Of a DNA stretch of 64,000 nucleotides, positions 19,048-29,027 are shown piece after piece. The translations under genes and the position numbers were made by a program. The first letter of the stretch is position 1, and every line of letters begins with the position of its first letter. Source of the stretch: an uncultured Anaerolineales bacterium (lineage in GTDB: Bacteria; Chloroflexota; Anaerolineae; B4-G1; SLSP01). Below the pieces are notes generated by a model that ran no database searches, was not told the origin of the DNA, and saw only the letters and a list, made by a program, of their open reading frames with translations. The DNA is taken from NCBI GenBank assembly GCA_964504195.1, contig CAZDDI010000010.1, positions 22,956 to 86,955 on the forward strand, read 5' to 3'.

Positions 19048-19767
19048 TTATAATGAGCTCTCCAGAGCTAACGCTTGCGCAGTATCCACTTTAATGCCCG
19101 GCCCCATGGTAGCAGCAACAGTGACCCGCTTGACATAGATACCTTTGGCCGCAGGAGGCTTGACCCGGCGGATAGTCTCCATAATGGCAGCTAAATTTTC
19201 AACCAGCTGCTCAACAGGGAAACTCACCTTGCCAAGTGCGCAGTGAATATTACCAGTACGATCCAGACGGTACTCGACACGCCCGGCCTTCGCTTCGCTA
19301 ACCGCCCGCTTGAGGTCTTCAGCAGCTACAACCGTGCCGGTCTTGGGATTGGGCATAAGCCCCCGCCGCCCCAACACACGTCCTAACCGCCCGACTTTAG
19401 GCATCATCTCCGGCACAGCAATAGCAACATCAAACTCTGTCCAGCCGTCGGAAATTTTCTTAATGCCCTCATCGTCGTTGATAATGAAATCAGCTCCTGC
19501 CTCACGAGCTGCCGCTTCGGCCTCGGCTGCGGCGAAGACCAACACCCGTACCGTCTTGCCCAAGCCATGCGGCAACCGCACCACCCCACGAATCTGCTGA
19601 TCCGCGCGCCGGGGGTCCAGGTTCATGTTCAGGTGAAGTTCCACCGTGCCGTCAAAATTGGTGTAGCTGGTCTTCTTGGTAAGTTCTAGCGCCACTTGCG
19701 GACTATAGGACTTCTCCAGATCTACCTGTTCCACCGCTTGAATATATCGTTTTCCTCGTCTAGCCAT
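19048..19767 (-). CDS. rplA: 50S ribosomal protein L1.
   Basis: MARRGKRYIQAVEQVDLEKSYSPQVALELTKK... Confidence 0.95.
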   Translation of the reverse strand: MARRGKRYIQAVEQVDLEKSYSPQVALELTKKTSYTNFDGTVELHLNMNLDPRRADQQIRGVVRLPHGLGKTVRVLVFAAAEAEAAAREAGADFIINDDEGIKKISDGWTEFDVAIAVPEMMPKVGRLGRVLGRRGLMPNPKTGTVVAAEDLKRAVSEAKAGRVEYRLDRTGNIHCALGKVSFPVEQLVENLAAIMETIRRVKPPAAKGIYVKRVTVAATMGPGIKVDTAQALALESSL

Positions 19768-19819
19768 GCTAATCCTCCTTGTGGTTCTGCGGGATTTCCC
19801 CTCCCACGTAGGGCAGGAC

Positions 19820-20248
19820 TTAGTCCACTACCTGGATGCCCATACTGCGGGCAGTACCGGCAATCATCCGCTCAGCAGCTTCGATATCGTTCGCGTTGAG
19901 ATCTTTCATCTTTGTCTCAGCGATCTCGCGCAGCTGCTTGCTGGTGATCCGGCCCACCTTATCGCGGTTAGGCTCAGCAGATCCTCGCGGCACACCGGCA
20001 GCTTTACGCAGCAAATCCGGCGTGGGCGAGGTCTTTAGTAAAAAAGTGAACGATGAATCCTGATAAATGGTGATTTCCGCAGGGATAATGTTTCCCGCCA
20101 AGTGTGCTGTACGAGCATTGTACTCTTTACAGAAGCCCATCAGGTTGATACCATGCTGAGCCAATGCTGGACCAATCGGCGGTGCGGGATTTGCCTTCCC
20201 TGCCGGAATCTGCAACGTCACAATCGCTTTAATCTTCTTTTTTGCCAT
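19820..20248 (-). CDS. rplK: 50S ribosomal protein L11.
   Basis: [44 protein letters not shown]. Confidence 0.95.
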   Translation of the reverse strand: MAKKKIKAIVTLQIPAGKANPAPPIGPALAQHGINLMGFCKEYNARTAHLAGNIIPAEITIYQDSSFTFLLKTSPTPDLLRKAAGVPRGSAEPNRDKVGRITSKQLREIAETKMKDLNANDIEAAERMIAGTARSMGIQVVD

Positions 20249-20292
20249 CTTCCAACTCCCTCTGTGGGTTCGCCCCCCAGGCGCTAACTCCG

Positions 20293-21144
20293 CTAAGCTT
20301 TTTCTACCTGTAAGAAATCCAACTCCACAGGCGTTTCCCGACCGAAGAAGGATACCAATGCACGCAGCTTGGTGCGTTCTTCGTCAATACTATCCACAAC
20401 ACCGATAAAATCGGCAAACGGGCCTTCAATGATGCGTACTTTTTGCCCTGGCTTGAATGTCGCCCGCACTTGCGGCGCAGCGGCTTCCATGCGCCGGAGA
20501 ATACCTTGCACCTGTTCCTGGCGCAAGGGAATGGGCTTATTTCCCATACCCACAAAACCAGTCACACCGGGAGTGTTGCGTACAACATACCAGGAATCAT
20601 CAGAGAGCAACATTTGCACCATAATATACCCAGGGAACAGACATCGTTCTACAGTGCGCCGCTTGCCTTCTTTGATTTCGATTTCTTCAACTGTAGGGAC
20701 GACTACTTGATAGATGTAGTCTTGCATATCCATAGATTCAATGCGCTGCTCCAGGTTAGACTTGACTTTGTACTCGTAACCAGAGTAGCAGTGAATGACA
20801 AACCAAGCGCGCTCATCGGCGACAGGTTTCTCTTCTTGCTGCGGCGGCATACTGGCGAGACGCGCCCACCGTTCAGCAGCAGTTTCACCCTCAATAGTTT
20901 CGGGCAACGACACGCCATCTGTATCAGGCAGCAGGTCTTCATCTTCAGCCGCTACTGTTGGTTCTGGTTCGGCAACCGGCTCGGCGGTCGGCTCATCCTC
21001 AGGCACGGCAGAGTCATCCAAATCGAAGCGACTCAGCAGTCCTTCAGCCGTGAGCAAGCTATCGAAAACCGCCGTCGACTCCGAAAGGTCTTCGGGGTCG
21101 AGCAGCGGCAATGACAGCCCGTCAACAGAATGATCTTGAGTCAT
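20293..21144 (-). CDS. nusG: Transcription antitermination factor NusG with an N-terminal acidic/Pro-rich extension of about 100 aa.
   Basis: An NGN domain ([14 protein letters not shown]) and a C-terminal KOW domain ([16 protein letters not shown]). The preceding 100 aa are D/E/P-rich. Confidence 0.85.
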   Translation of the reverse strand: MTQDHSVDGLSLPLLDPEDLSESTAVFDSLLTAEGLLSRFDLDDSAVPEDEPTAEPVAEPEPTVAAEDEDLLPDTDGVSLPETIEGETAAERWARLASMPPQQEEKPVADERAWFVIHCYSGYEYKVKSNLEQRIESMDMQDYIYQVVVPTVEEIEIKEGKRRTVERCLFPGYIMVQMLLSDDSWYVVRNTPGVTGFVGMGNKPIPLRQEQVQGILRRMEAAAPQVRATFKPGQKVRIIEGPFADFIGVVDSIDEERTKLRALVSFFGRETPVELDFLQVEKA

Positions 21145-21150
21145 GCGCGA

Positions 21151-21450
21151 TTAGACCTCGCGACCCGATTGGGCAATCCAATAAGCAGCGCCCGAAAGCC
21201 CCAGAATAACAATAACACCCAACCCGTAGTAAAGGGGTTGGGCGCGCAGCACGCCGCTGAGCAACTGGCGGAACACAAAGTCCAGGACTCCCAGGAACAC
21301 CGCCATCGCCAACGTGACCACCAACACCACACGGGTCAACATCCAGGTTTCTTCGCGGCTAGGCCAACGCACCTTGCGCAGTTCCGCCATAGTTTCTCGG
21401 AAATAGCGAACCAGGGAGTTTTCCTTACCTTTTTTCTCTTCGGCGGCCAT
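21151..21450 (-). CDS. secE: Preprotein translocase subunit SecE.
   Basis: MAAEEKKGKENSLVRYFRETMAELRKVRWPSREETWMLTRVVLVVTLAMAVFLGVLDF. Conserved position just upstream of nusG. Confidence 0.9.
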   Translation of the reverse strand: MAAEEKKGKENSLVRYFRETMAELRKVRWPSREETWMLTRVVLVVTLAMAVFLGVLDFVFRQLLSGVLRAQPLYYGLGVIVILGLSGAAYWIAQSGREV

Positions 21451-21523
21451 CAGGCCCTCCTCACTTTGGACTTACACTTGAAGACACCGTCCATTATGGC
21501 GACGGTGTCTTGCAGTTAGCAGG

Positions 21524-21596
21524 CAGGCGAGGCAGGAATCGAACCCGCAACCTACGGTTTTGGAGACCGTTGCTCTGCCAGTTGAGCTACTCGCCT
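21524..21596 (-). tRNA. tRNA-Trp (anticodon CCA).
   Basis: The minus-strand sequence AGGCGAGTAGCTCAACTGGCAGAGCAACGGTCTCCAAAACCGTAGGTTGCGGGTTCGATTCCTGCCTCGCCTG folds as a cloverleaf with anticodon loop CTCCAAA. Confidence 0.85.
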
Positions 21597-21605
21597 GCGT
21601 TATCC

Positions 21606-21773
21606 TTATTTGGTTTCCCGGTGCATCGTGTGCTTACGACAGCGCGGACAATACTTATTTAATTCCATGCGCGAGGGATCGTTACGCCGATTTTTCTCGC
21701 TCGTGTAACTCTGCTCTTTACAGTCGGTGCAGGCCAGGGTAATGGTTAACCGAATCGCCTTTTTCTTTGCCAT
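21606..21773 (-). CDS. rpmG: 50S ribosomal protein L33 (55 aa). It is below the ORF-track length cutoff.
   Basis: Minus-strand translation [55 protein letters not shown], an L33 zinc-ribbon (CxxC...CxxC) signature. Confidence 0.85.
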   Translation of the reverse strand: MAKKKAIRLTITLACTDCKEQSYTSEKNRRNDPSRMELNKYCPRCRKHTMHRETK

Positions 21774-21825
21774 TGGATTGCCTCTTATTTCTTTATCACA
21801 AATTACGAAGGGTGAGCCTTCCTCA

Positions 21826-21898
21826 AGCCCATGCTCGGATTCGAACCGAGGACCCCTTTCTTACCAAGAAAGTGCTCTACCTACTGAGCTACATGGGC
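21826..21898 (-). tRNA. tRNA-Thr (anticodon GGT).
   Basis: GCCCATGTAGCTCAGTAGGTAGAGCACTTTCTTGGTAAGAAAGGGGTCCTCGGTTCGAATCCGAGCATGGGCT. The anticodon loop is TTGGTAA. Confidence 0.85.
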
Positions 21899-21925
21899 GC
21901 ACATCTCACGCTTACATAAAAAAGG

Positions 21926-22007
21926 TGGGCAGAGGCGGATTCGAACCACCGAAGGCTTAGCCAGCTGATTTACAGTCAGCCCCCTTTGGCCGCTTGGGTA
22001 TCTGCCC
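21926..22007 (-). tRNA. tRNA-Tyr (anticodon GTA) with a long variable arm.
   Basis: GGGCAGATACCCAAGCGGCCAAAGGGGGCTGACTGTAAATCAGCTGGCTAAGCCTTCGGTGGTTCGAATCCGCCTCTGCCCA. The anticodon loop is CTGTAAA. The D-arm is similar to E. coli tRNA-Tyr. Confidence 0.8.
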
Positions 22008-22011
22008 AGAA

Positions 22012-22084
22012 AGCCGACGGTGGGAATTGAACCCACAACCCTCCGCTTACAAGGCGGATGCTCCGCCGTTTGAGCTACGTCGGC
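22012..22084 (-). tRNA. tRNA-Thr (anticodon TGT).
   Basis: GCCGACGTAGCTCAAACGGCGGAGCATCCGCCTTGTAAGCGGAGGGTTGTGGGTTCAATTCCCACCGTCGGCT. The anticodon loop is CTTGTAA. Confidence 0.85.
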
Positions 22085-22364
22085 GTCCGGCTATTATAGC
22101 ACAGGGTCGCTGAGGGTCAAGGGTTCATTCCCCCCAAAGGCAGGTTGCAGTATACACAACTCGCAAGATTTGTCAACCGATACCGCCGTATACAAGTTGC
22201 ATTAATCCCTGCCGCGCCTTTGATAGCTGCAATTGCCCTCAAGGAGCAGCGATGCGATGTTTACCAGCATAATTGCCCGAACAACGCCATGAAAAAGCAA
22301 CCTTGACCCGCTCGAAATCGTGGTACAATAACTTGTGGAAAAATTACCGATAAAGGTGCGTAGA

Positions 22365-23087
22365 ATGAAAACTACGGTGATTGTACCGACGTATAACGAG
22401 AAGGAAAACCTGGAGGCGCTAATCACGCTGCTCCTAGAGTTACCGGTGACAGTTGAAGTTATCGTTGTGGATGATAATTCTCCTGATGGCACTGGCGCGA
22501 TTGCAGATACGTTGGCGGGACAACATCCAGAACGCCTCCATGTCATCCACCGGGCGGGTAAGTTGGGGCTGGGAACCGCCTACATTGCGGGCTTCCAGTA
22601 TGCATTGGCAGAGAGGAGCGATTTAGTCATTACGATGGATGCAGATTTCTCACATCACCCACGTTATATCCCGGCGATGGTAGATAAAATTAGTGTAGGC
22701 TATGATCTAGTCATCGGCAGTCGCTATGTGCGTGGTGGCGGGACGGTGGAGTGTACGTTTCTCCGCAAGTTGCTCAGCTGGGGAGCGAACACTGTGGCTC
22801 GCACGCTCCTGGGGCTACATGCGTACGATGCAACAGCTGGCTTCCGTTGCTATCGCCGTCAGGTATTAGAATCCATTGCCCTCGAACAGATTTTCTCTAA
22901 CGGGTATTCGTTTTTGATTGAGATGTTATATAAGGTACAACGCCGCAAATGGCGTGTGGGTGAGGTGCCGATTGTTTTTCAGAATCGCCAGCAAGGCACC
23001 TCTAAAATCTCCAATAACGAAGTACGTCGGGCGCTCTACACAGTGCTGCGTTTGTTTTGGGAACGCTTACGCGGAGAGCCGGTATGA
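22365..23087 (+). CDS. GT2-family polyprenol-phosphate mannosyltransferase (Dpm1/Ppm1-like). The ORF is open from a GTG at 22335.
   Basis: MKTTVIVPTYNEKENLEALI...VIVVDDNSPDGTGAIAD...ITMDADFSHHP are the GT2 DXD-region motifs typical of dolichol-phosphate mannose synthase. An RBS aaaggtg precedes the ATG at 22365. Confidence 0.8.
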   Translation: MKTTVIVPTYNEKENLEALITLLLELPVTVEVIVVDDNSPDGTGAIADTLAGQHPERLHVIHRAGKLGLGTAYIAGFQYALAERSDLVITMDADFSHHPRYIPAMVDKISVGYDLVIGSRYVRGGGTVECTFLRKLLSWGANTVARTLLGLHAYDATAGFRCYRRQVLESIALEQIFSNGYSFLIEMLYKVQRRKWRVGEVPIVFQNRQQGTSKISNNEVRRALYTVLRLFWERLRGEPV

Positions 23088-24022
23088 CCCACTCGCCACT
23101 CGACGCCAGCGACTGCGAACGCGTATGCTGCAATTTATGCGGAGCAGATGACGCTTTTGTCCGTTTCCCATCCACCCTACCCAACGGCGAACACGACGAC
23201 TGGCGCGCTTATGCCTGCACAAGCAATGGATATGGGCGGCACGGGCCAATTGCACAGTGTCGCCGTTGTGGCCTGGTTTATGCTGTACCTCGCCCTTCCA
23301 CACAGGCAGTGCTAGAAACATACACCGCCGTAGAAGACCCGCTCTACCAGGAAGAGCGAGAGGGACGTGTATTAACATTTGAACATCACCTGCGCCCATT
23401 GGAGCGATTTACCGGGCCGCCAGCGCAACGCCGATTGCTAGACGTGGGGGCCTACACTGGCGTCTTTGTGGAAATCGCTACACGCCACGGTTGGAATGCC
23501 TGGGGCGTAGAGCCAAGCGCATGGGCCGTGGAGCAATCCCGCCAACGGGGGCTGAACATGGTATCGGGCACGCTAGAGACTGCGGGGCTGGATGACAACA
23601 GCTTTGATGTGATTACACTTTGGGACGTAATCGAGCATCTGACAGATCCACAGAGTACGTTACAAGAGGCCTGGCGCATTCTTACACCAGGCGGCGCTTT
23701 GATTGTTCATACGATTGATATGGACAGTGCATTCGCACGAGCGCTAGGGCCACGATGGCCCTGGCTGATGGAAATGCATCTCTACTATTTCTCCCGCCGT
23801 ACATTGCGCGCCATGCTGGAGCAAACTAGCTTTGAGGTAGCCTGGATGGGCGCACAGGGACGTTATCTGCGCGCTGGCTACCTGGCTAATCGGTTAGCAG
23901 CATTGTTTGCGCCATTGGGCCGACCTGTGGAATGGCTCGTCACCACGCTACAGGCACGGCAAATCCCTTTACATGTGAATCTAGGTGATTTGTTTACAGT
24001 GTATGCACGCAAACCGCACTAA
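23084..24022 (+). CDS. Class I SAM-dependent methyltransferase with an N-terminal Cys4 zinc ribbon.
   Basis: CNLCGADD...CRRCGLVYAVP is followed by the SAM motif LDVGAYTGVFVE. Its start overlaps the upstream stop (ATGA), which suggests translational coupling with the GT2 gene. Confidence 0.75.
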   Translation: MTHSPLDASDCERVCCNLCGADDAFVRFPSTLPNGEHDDWRAYACTSNGYGRHGPIAQCRRCGLVYAVPRPSTQAVLETYTAVEDPLYQEEREGRVLTFEHHLRPLERFTGPPAQRRLLDVGAYTGVFVEIATRHGWNAWGVEPSAWAVEQSRQRGLNMVSGTLETAGLDDNSFDVITLWDVIEHLTDPQSTLQEAWRILTPGGALIVHTIDMDSAFARALGPRWPWLMEMHLYYFSRRTLRAMLEQTSFEVAWMGAQGRYLRAGYLANRLAALFAPLGRPVEWLVTTLQARQIPLHVNLGDLFTVYARKPH

Positions 24023-24289
24023 GGGTCTGTAAAAGTATAGTTTCCCGCTACAACCGCCCCCGGGACGGGGGCGGAGAGCAAAAAAGCCCCCCGTGCTACC
24101 GGCTACTGAAACATACACTCGCCTGCCCATCCTTGGCGGCATTCCCTTGACCCGGTACCCTCTTCGTCGTTCTCAGTCTGCGGAAAAATGATACGCCCCA
24201 TACACGCCTCTTCTGTTGACCTTAACCCAGTTGCATACTATAATGGACTTATCAGTCCTTTGATAGTAATATGATTGTGAGGTCATACC

Positions 24290-27200
24290 ATGATCCAAAT
24301 AAGCGCTTACTCAAAAAAATTCCCCATTATTATACTCGCCTTGATTTTGGGAGCTTTCTTACTGGCCTTGCCGCTACTTCTGATACAACCAGCCCAAAGT
24401 GCCGCGCCCATTGATACGTTACCCCATCCTGAATCCCAGAGCACCTGGCTAATCCTTGATAAAACAGGGCCAGACACCACTTACGCCGGAGATCCGGTGC
24501 GTTACACAATCCGATTGACCAACACTTCAGACAGTGAGTTGACCAACGTGGTGTTGACCGATACCTGGACAACCCGTATCCCGTCGGCACAGGATAGGGA
24601 AGCGACGTGGTTACGGGGTATTCTAGCGCTCTATAACGGTGATTACACGGTCAATCCACCTGACGCAGTGAACTATCACACCTATGGTTCCTATGTAAAC
24701 TTGCGTAAGGGAGAAGCTTACTGGCATCTCAACCCAATTCCTGCCGGGCAATCCGTGGAAATTGTGTTGACAATGACTACCCCAATCACACTTCAACCAG
24801 CTTTGAACGGGCATCTCCCGTGGGGGCGTGTAGGGCCGTCGAATGTGGAAAATTCCATCGTAGCGGGAGCACCAGGCCGTGGGAATGTTGAAGGTCCGGT
24901 TGTTACTTCATTGGTGGTAGGGCCATTACTGCAACTGACCAAAACCGCCGTAGGCGAAGCAGCACCGACCGGGCAAACCCGGGTTGGCCGGCTCGTGACC
25001 TATACTATCCAGATCCAAAATGTCACGGCTGAAGGTAGTTTTCAACGCCCTGATGCCGTAGCAGCTCAAAACCTCGTGGTTTGGGATGAAATCCCTATTC
25101 AGCTGCAGGGAACAACTTACCTAACCTATAGCGCCAGTCAGCCGGGCGTGGTAATACATTATAATACAACCGGATACACGCTGACCTGGACTTTCCCGGA
25201 GAGTTTCGCGCTGCAACCAGGAGAAAACACCCATGTGTATTTCACCGCTCGCGTGCCGGCAGGTACAGCTTATAATCCCACCACCAATTTGATTAATGCT
25301 AAAAACAAATTGTTAGCAATTGCTGATACCATGCTAAAATCAGCTAACTTGGCATCCGATTTGAGATCGCGGGTACTTAGTCCCTTTGATAAGACAGTGG
25401 CTGCGTCCACGCCACCCGCACAAGCGAATTACACCTATCCCAACCGCATCGTCACCTACACGGTCACTATCTATAACCCTCTGCAAATTGACATCCATGA
25501 TATGGTGTTTACAGATACGCTCAATATTGTCTCTGGAGCAACCTACGCAAGTATGGTACAAGGCCCAGCCCCAGTCTCTGGTGGCAGTAGCCCGCGGTGG
25601 GAGGGTTTATCGTTACCGGCCAATGGAGCAATCACTTTGATCTTTCGAGCTTTCATCCCACCGGATGTACCACTAGGGCCGCTCGGAACCACTTGTCGTA
25701 ATGCGAGTTATTTCAATGGCGTAATGGCCGCACATCCGGCTTTCCCGGTCGTCTACGTTGGGCATGATAATAACGCCTTAGCACGTTTATATGTCGTACC
25801 GCAATTGCAAATGTCCAAAACAGTTACCCCGACTACACAAATCCCCGGTGAATCGGTGGTTTACACCATTCAGTTACAAAATGTGGGCGATACTGACATT
25901 CCAACGCCCCTTATCATCACCGACACCCTGCCCCTATTTTTCACCTATGAACACATGGTCTCAACAGCTCCACCTGGCGAACCTGCTGTAAACGATAATG
26001 TCCTAACCTGGAATGATGTGCCGGGGATTCCGGCGGGACAATCTATCTCTTTCTCATTTAGTGCCATAACTGGAGGCCTCTCCGGGGTTGGTTATAAGAA
26101 TGTTGTTTCCGGCTACAATGCAGAAACCTCAGTGTGTACTATTTCTAGCGCCGAAGTCAAACTGGAAATACCCATCACCAAGGTCGTTTCTCCAACCACG
26201 GTTATCCAGGGAGAGATTGTGCAATATCAAGCCATGCTCCAAAACGCTTCGACGCAGGATTATGTAGTTACAGATTTCAAAGACATCTTGCCAACTGGTT
26301 TTGTGGCTGCCAGTAACCTGAACGATGTTTACGAAATCACCTACGATCCGCCGTTTACATTACCATCCAATCAAACCCTAACGGAACAATTTGATGTATT
26401 GGTGCGCGGCTCTGGTGTTGGCACTACATGGTGTAATGCTTCTTATCCCTCACGAGAAGTCTGGCAAGATAAAGGCAAGTTCGGATTCAACATACAGGAC
26501 ACGGGATGGGCCTATAACACCGTCAAACAAGCCATGGTTGAGGTTATTCCTCAAGGGTATCTGCTCCAAACGAGCCACCCACAGCCGGTGGCAGTGAATG
26601 ACACTCTCGTATTGACCCTGACTTTACAGGACAATCGGATTGATCCGGTTACTCCTTTGGCTGGCATTCACTTGAAATGGACCGTGCCTAGCTACGGCTC
26701 CGGCGATGCGCAAGAAATATTCACGCTTCTCGCCAGTTCCCTGCCCCCCGCTGAGTCATCCGCCCCACCTATCTATTACTGGGAGGGCCTTGAAATACCG
26801 CTTGCCGGCCAGCTACACATTATTTTGGAATTACGCGCACCACAACCCAACAACGATGATTGGGCACGCGACTACACCAGTACAGCTGAAGTGCTCACGC
26901 TTAATGATATGAATATCTGCATCCCCCGCTCTTCTTATAAAATCAAAGTCGTCCGCGGCATCGAAATTATCAAGACACCTTCACCCTCTCAAGTTGGGCC
27001 TTATGGCATTGTGCAATACACCTTGCGCGCCAACAATCTTACCGGCGCGCCGGTATCGAATGTCGTACTTACCGATGTATTGCCCCCGGGCTGGGAATTT
27101 ATAGCACTGGTGAGTGGGCCACCTCCTACTGCCACAACCCCTTTGGTCTGGCACTTGGATACTATTCCCGCCCTAAGCGAGATCGCCATCAAATTCACCG

Positions 27201-29002
27201 CACGCGCCTATACATCGGTAGGGGGAGAGATTAATAAAGTAGCAGGCCTTGCGCCCATCAATCTAGGGTATCATAAAAATTACACTAATACGGTGCGAGT
27301 ACAAGTGGTTTCAGGGGTAGGATTTTTCAAAACGGCCAACCCGAATGCGGTCAATGCGGGAGATTTAGTTAATTACACTATTACGCTTTACAATGGTGTT
27401 CCTAACAGTGAAAAGATGAGCAACATCATCATCACCGATACACTGCCGGCATATTTTACCTTTGTAAGAATGCTGGAAGGGCCGGCACCCAAACTACTGG
27501 CGGGGAATGAACTACGCTGGGACACGCTGACTACATTAAACAATGGGCAACGTCAGATATTACGCTTTGAAGTGCGGGTTGCCGAGGATGCGCGCACGGG
27601 CAACTATTACAATCAAATTATTGGCGAAGCGCGCAGTAGTAGCGGCGTCCCCCTCACGATTCCACCCTCTGGCCCAACTGCCCCTGTCTACGTTTCAGGA
27701 TTGCCTTCTATTCAGGTGAACAAACAAGTATCTCCTAATGCTGTACGTGCCGGTAATTCAGTGACCTATACCCTGACGCTCTACAATGAAGCAGAGGGAT
27801 CTTACGCCGTAGTAGTGACCGATACGTTACCCTACTCGCTCACCTTTGAAACAGCTTTAGGCTCCCCCCAGCCTACCGTCATTCCCGGGCCACGCGAGCG
27901 CGTGGTCTGGTCTGGCTTCGACTTGGCACCTGGTGAAACGCGGACGTTGACCTTCCGTGCCAGCGTAGACCGGCGAACCCCCAATGATGTTTACTGTAAC
28001 GATGTGCAGGTCAAAATGGGCGAATGGATTCTGCCGCCACACCTGGGATTGGCCTGTTTGAACGTTTCAGCTATCCCACGGGTGGATGCACAAATCAGTA
28101 AAGATGATGGGGTCACGCAGGTGGCAGCCGGGGATAGACTGACCTATACCATCCGCTATACCAACAGTATAGACTCCGAAGCTGCACTTTATAACGTAGT
28201 CCTCACCGAGACCATTGCCCCGCTTGCTTATCTCACTGTTTTGGAACACCCGAACTGGTTGCCGCTGGGGGAAGGGCGTTACCGCCTGGAAGTGAGCGAG
28301 CCGCTGTCACCTGGAGTTTCCGGAGAAGTGCTATTTGTGGTAGATCTACAACAAAGCGTCCCGCTGACCGAGGTACTGTCAGTGCATAATCGTGTTGAAA
28401 TCGGTTATACGACGCTAGAAGAGACAGTAGAGGCCACTCCGGATGACAACATTGCCGAAGACATCAATCTCTGGCAAGGGCCGGATATCATCATTACCAA
28501 CTTATGGTTTGAGCCAGCTAATCCCCTAATCGGAGAGCCATTGGCAGTTCACATTGAATTGACCAATCAGGGTACTTCGAATATAGACCGTCGTTATGAT
28601 GGAAGCACCGACCCCGGCTGGTGGCTCTTCGTCACAGAGCTGTACTTGAAGAACACTTCTTTTGTCCCGGCTGGCCCGCCGACAGGGGTCTTTGATCATA
28701 TCGGGGGGTATTGTCCCGATGCAGCTTGTTCCGCAACTCGAGGTGAATACCTGGTATGGCCTAACACCCTCGCGGCTGGTGAATCGCGCCAGTTCACATT
28801 CAACATTACTGCCCCAAACGCAGGAGTTTATAGCGTATACGTTCAAGCCGATGTTACTTGGCTTAATTGGCGAGGCGGAAAGGACTATGGGTTAATCCTA
28901 GAAGCCATCGAGGACAATAATATTTACAGGGGATCTGACTTGGTCATTTCAGGATCTGTTATAGGGCGTAAGGTTTACTTACCACTCATTTTACGCCATT
29001 GA
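24290..29002 (+). CDS. Giant (1570 aa) secreted/cell-surface protein with many DUF11 (conserved repeat domain) repeats.
   Basis: Signal peptide or transmembrane N-terminus. Recurrent DUF11 hallmarks include VVLTDTWTTRIP, FTDTLNIV, IITDTLPLFFTYEHM, VLTDVLPPGWEF, IITDTLPAYFTFVRM and VVTDTLPYSLTFE. GC content is lower than in flanking DNA. Confidence 0.8.
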   Translation: MIQISAYSKKFPIIILALILGAFLLALPLLLIQPAQSAAPIDTLPHPESQSTWLILDKTGPDTTYAGDPVRYTIRLTNTSDSELTNVVLTDTWTTRIPSAQDREATWLRGILALYNGDYTVNPPDAVNYHTYGSYVNLRKGEAYWHLNPIPAGQSVEIVLTMTTPITLQPALNGHLPWGRVGPSNVENSIVAGAPGRGNVEGPVVTSLVVGPLLQLTKTAVGEAAPTGQTRVGRLVTYTIQIQNVTAEGSFQRPDAVAAQNLVVWDEIPIQLQGTTYLTYSASQPGVVIHYNTTGYTLTWTFPESFALQPGENTHVYFTARVPAGTAYNPTTNLINAKNKLLAIADTMLKSANLASDLRSRVLSPFDKTVAASTPPAQANYTYPNRIVTYTVTIYNPLQIDIHDMVFTDTLNIVSGATYASMVQGPAPVSGGSSPRWEGLSLPANGAITLIFRAFIPPDVPLGPLGTTCRNASYFNGVMAAHPAFPVVYVGHDNNALARLYVVPQLQMSKTVTPTTQIPGESVVYTIQLQNVGDTDIPTPLIITDTLPLFFTYEHMVSTAPPGEPAVNDNVLTWNDVPGIPAGQSISFSFSAITGGLSGVGYKNVVSGYNAETSVCTISSAEVKLEIPITKVVSPTTVIQGEIVQYQAMLQNASTQDYVVTDFKDILPTGFVAASNLNDVYEITYDPPFTLPSNQTLTEQFDVLVRGSGVGTTWCNASYPSREVWQDKGKFGFNIQDTGWAYNTVKQAMVEVIPQGYLLQTSHPQPVAVNDTLVLTLTLQDNRIDPVTPLAGIHLKWTVPSYGSGDAQEIFTLLASSLPPAESSAPPIYYWEGLEIPLAGQLHIILELRAPQPNNDDWARDYTSTAEVLTLNDMNICIPRSSYKIKVVRGIEIIKTPSPSQVGPYGIVQYTLRANNLTGAPVSNVVLTDVLPPGWEFIALVSGPPPTATTPLVWHLDTIPALSEIAIKFTARAYTSVGGEINKVAGLAPINLGYHKNYTNTVRVQVVSGVGFFKTANPNAVNAGDLVNYTITLYNGVPNSEKMSNIIITDTLPAYFTFVRMLEGPAPKLLAGNELRWDTLTTLNNGQRQILRFEVRVAEDARTGNYYNQIIGEARSSSGVPLTIPPSGPTAPVYVSGLPSIQVNKQVSPNAVRAGNSVTYTLTLYNEAEGSYAVVVTDTLPYSLTFETALGSPQPTVIPGPRERVVWSGFDLAPGETRTLTFRASVDRRTPNDVYCNDVQVKMGEWILPPHLGLACLNVSAIPRVDAQISKDDGVTQVAAGDRLTYTIRYTNSIDSEAALYNVVLTETIAPLAYLTVLEHPNWLPLGEGRYRLEVSEPLSPGVSGEVLFVVDLQQSVPLTEVLSVHNRVEIGYTTLEETVEATPDDNIAEDINLWQGPDIIITNLWFEPANPLIGEPLAVHIELTNQGTSNIDRRYDGSTDPGWWLFVTELYLKNTSFVPAGPPTGVFDHIGGYCPDAACSATRGEYLVWPNTLAAGESRQFTFNITAPNAGVYSVYVQADVTWLNWRGGKDYGLILEAIEDNNIYRGSDLVISGSVIGRKVYLPLILRH

Positions 29003-29027
29003 AAGTCACAGCAAAAAGGAAACCATC

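Noticed and set aside
20443-21133. Plus-strand ORFs 20443..21114 and 20795..21133
   Set aside because: They are antisense to nusG. The Ser/Gly-rich translation mirrors the acidic extension codons.
22085-22334. Possible additional tRNA or CRISPR-like repeats near the tRNA cluster
   Set aside because: No cloverleaf, and no direct repeat-spacer periodicity, was found beyond the four tRNAs. No CRISPR array is evident anywhere in the window.
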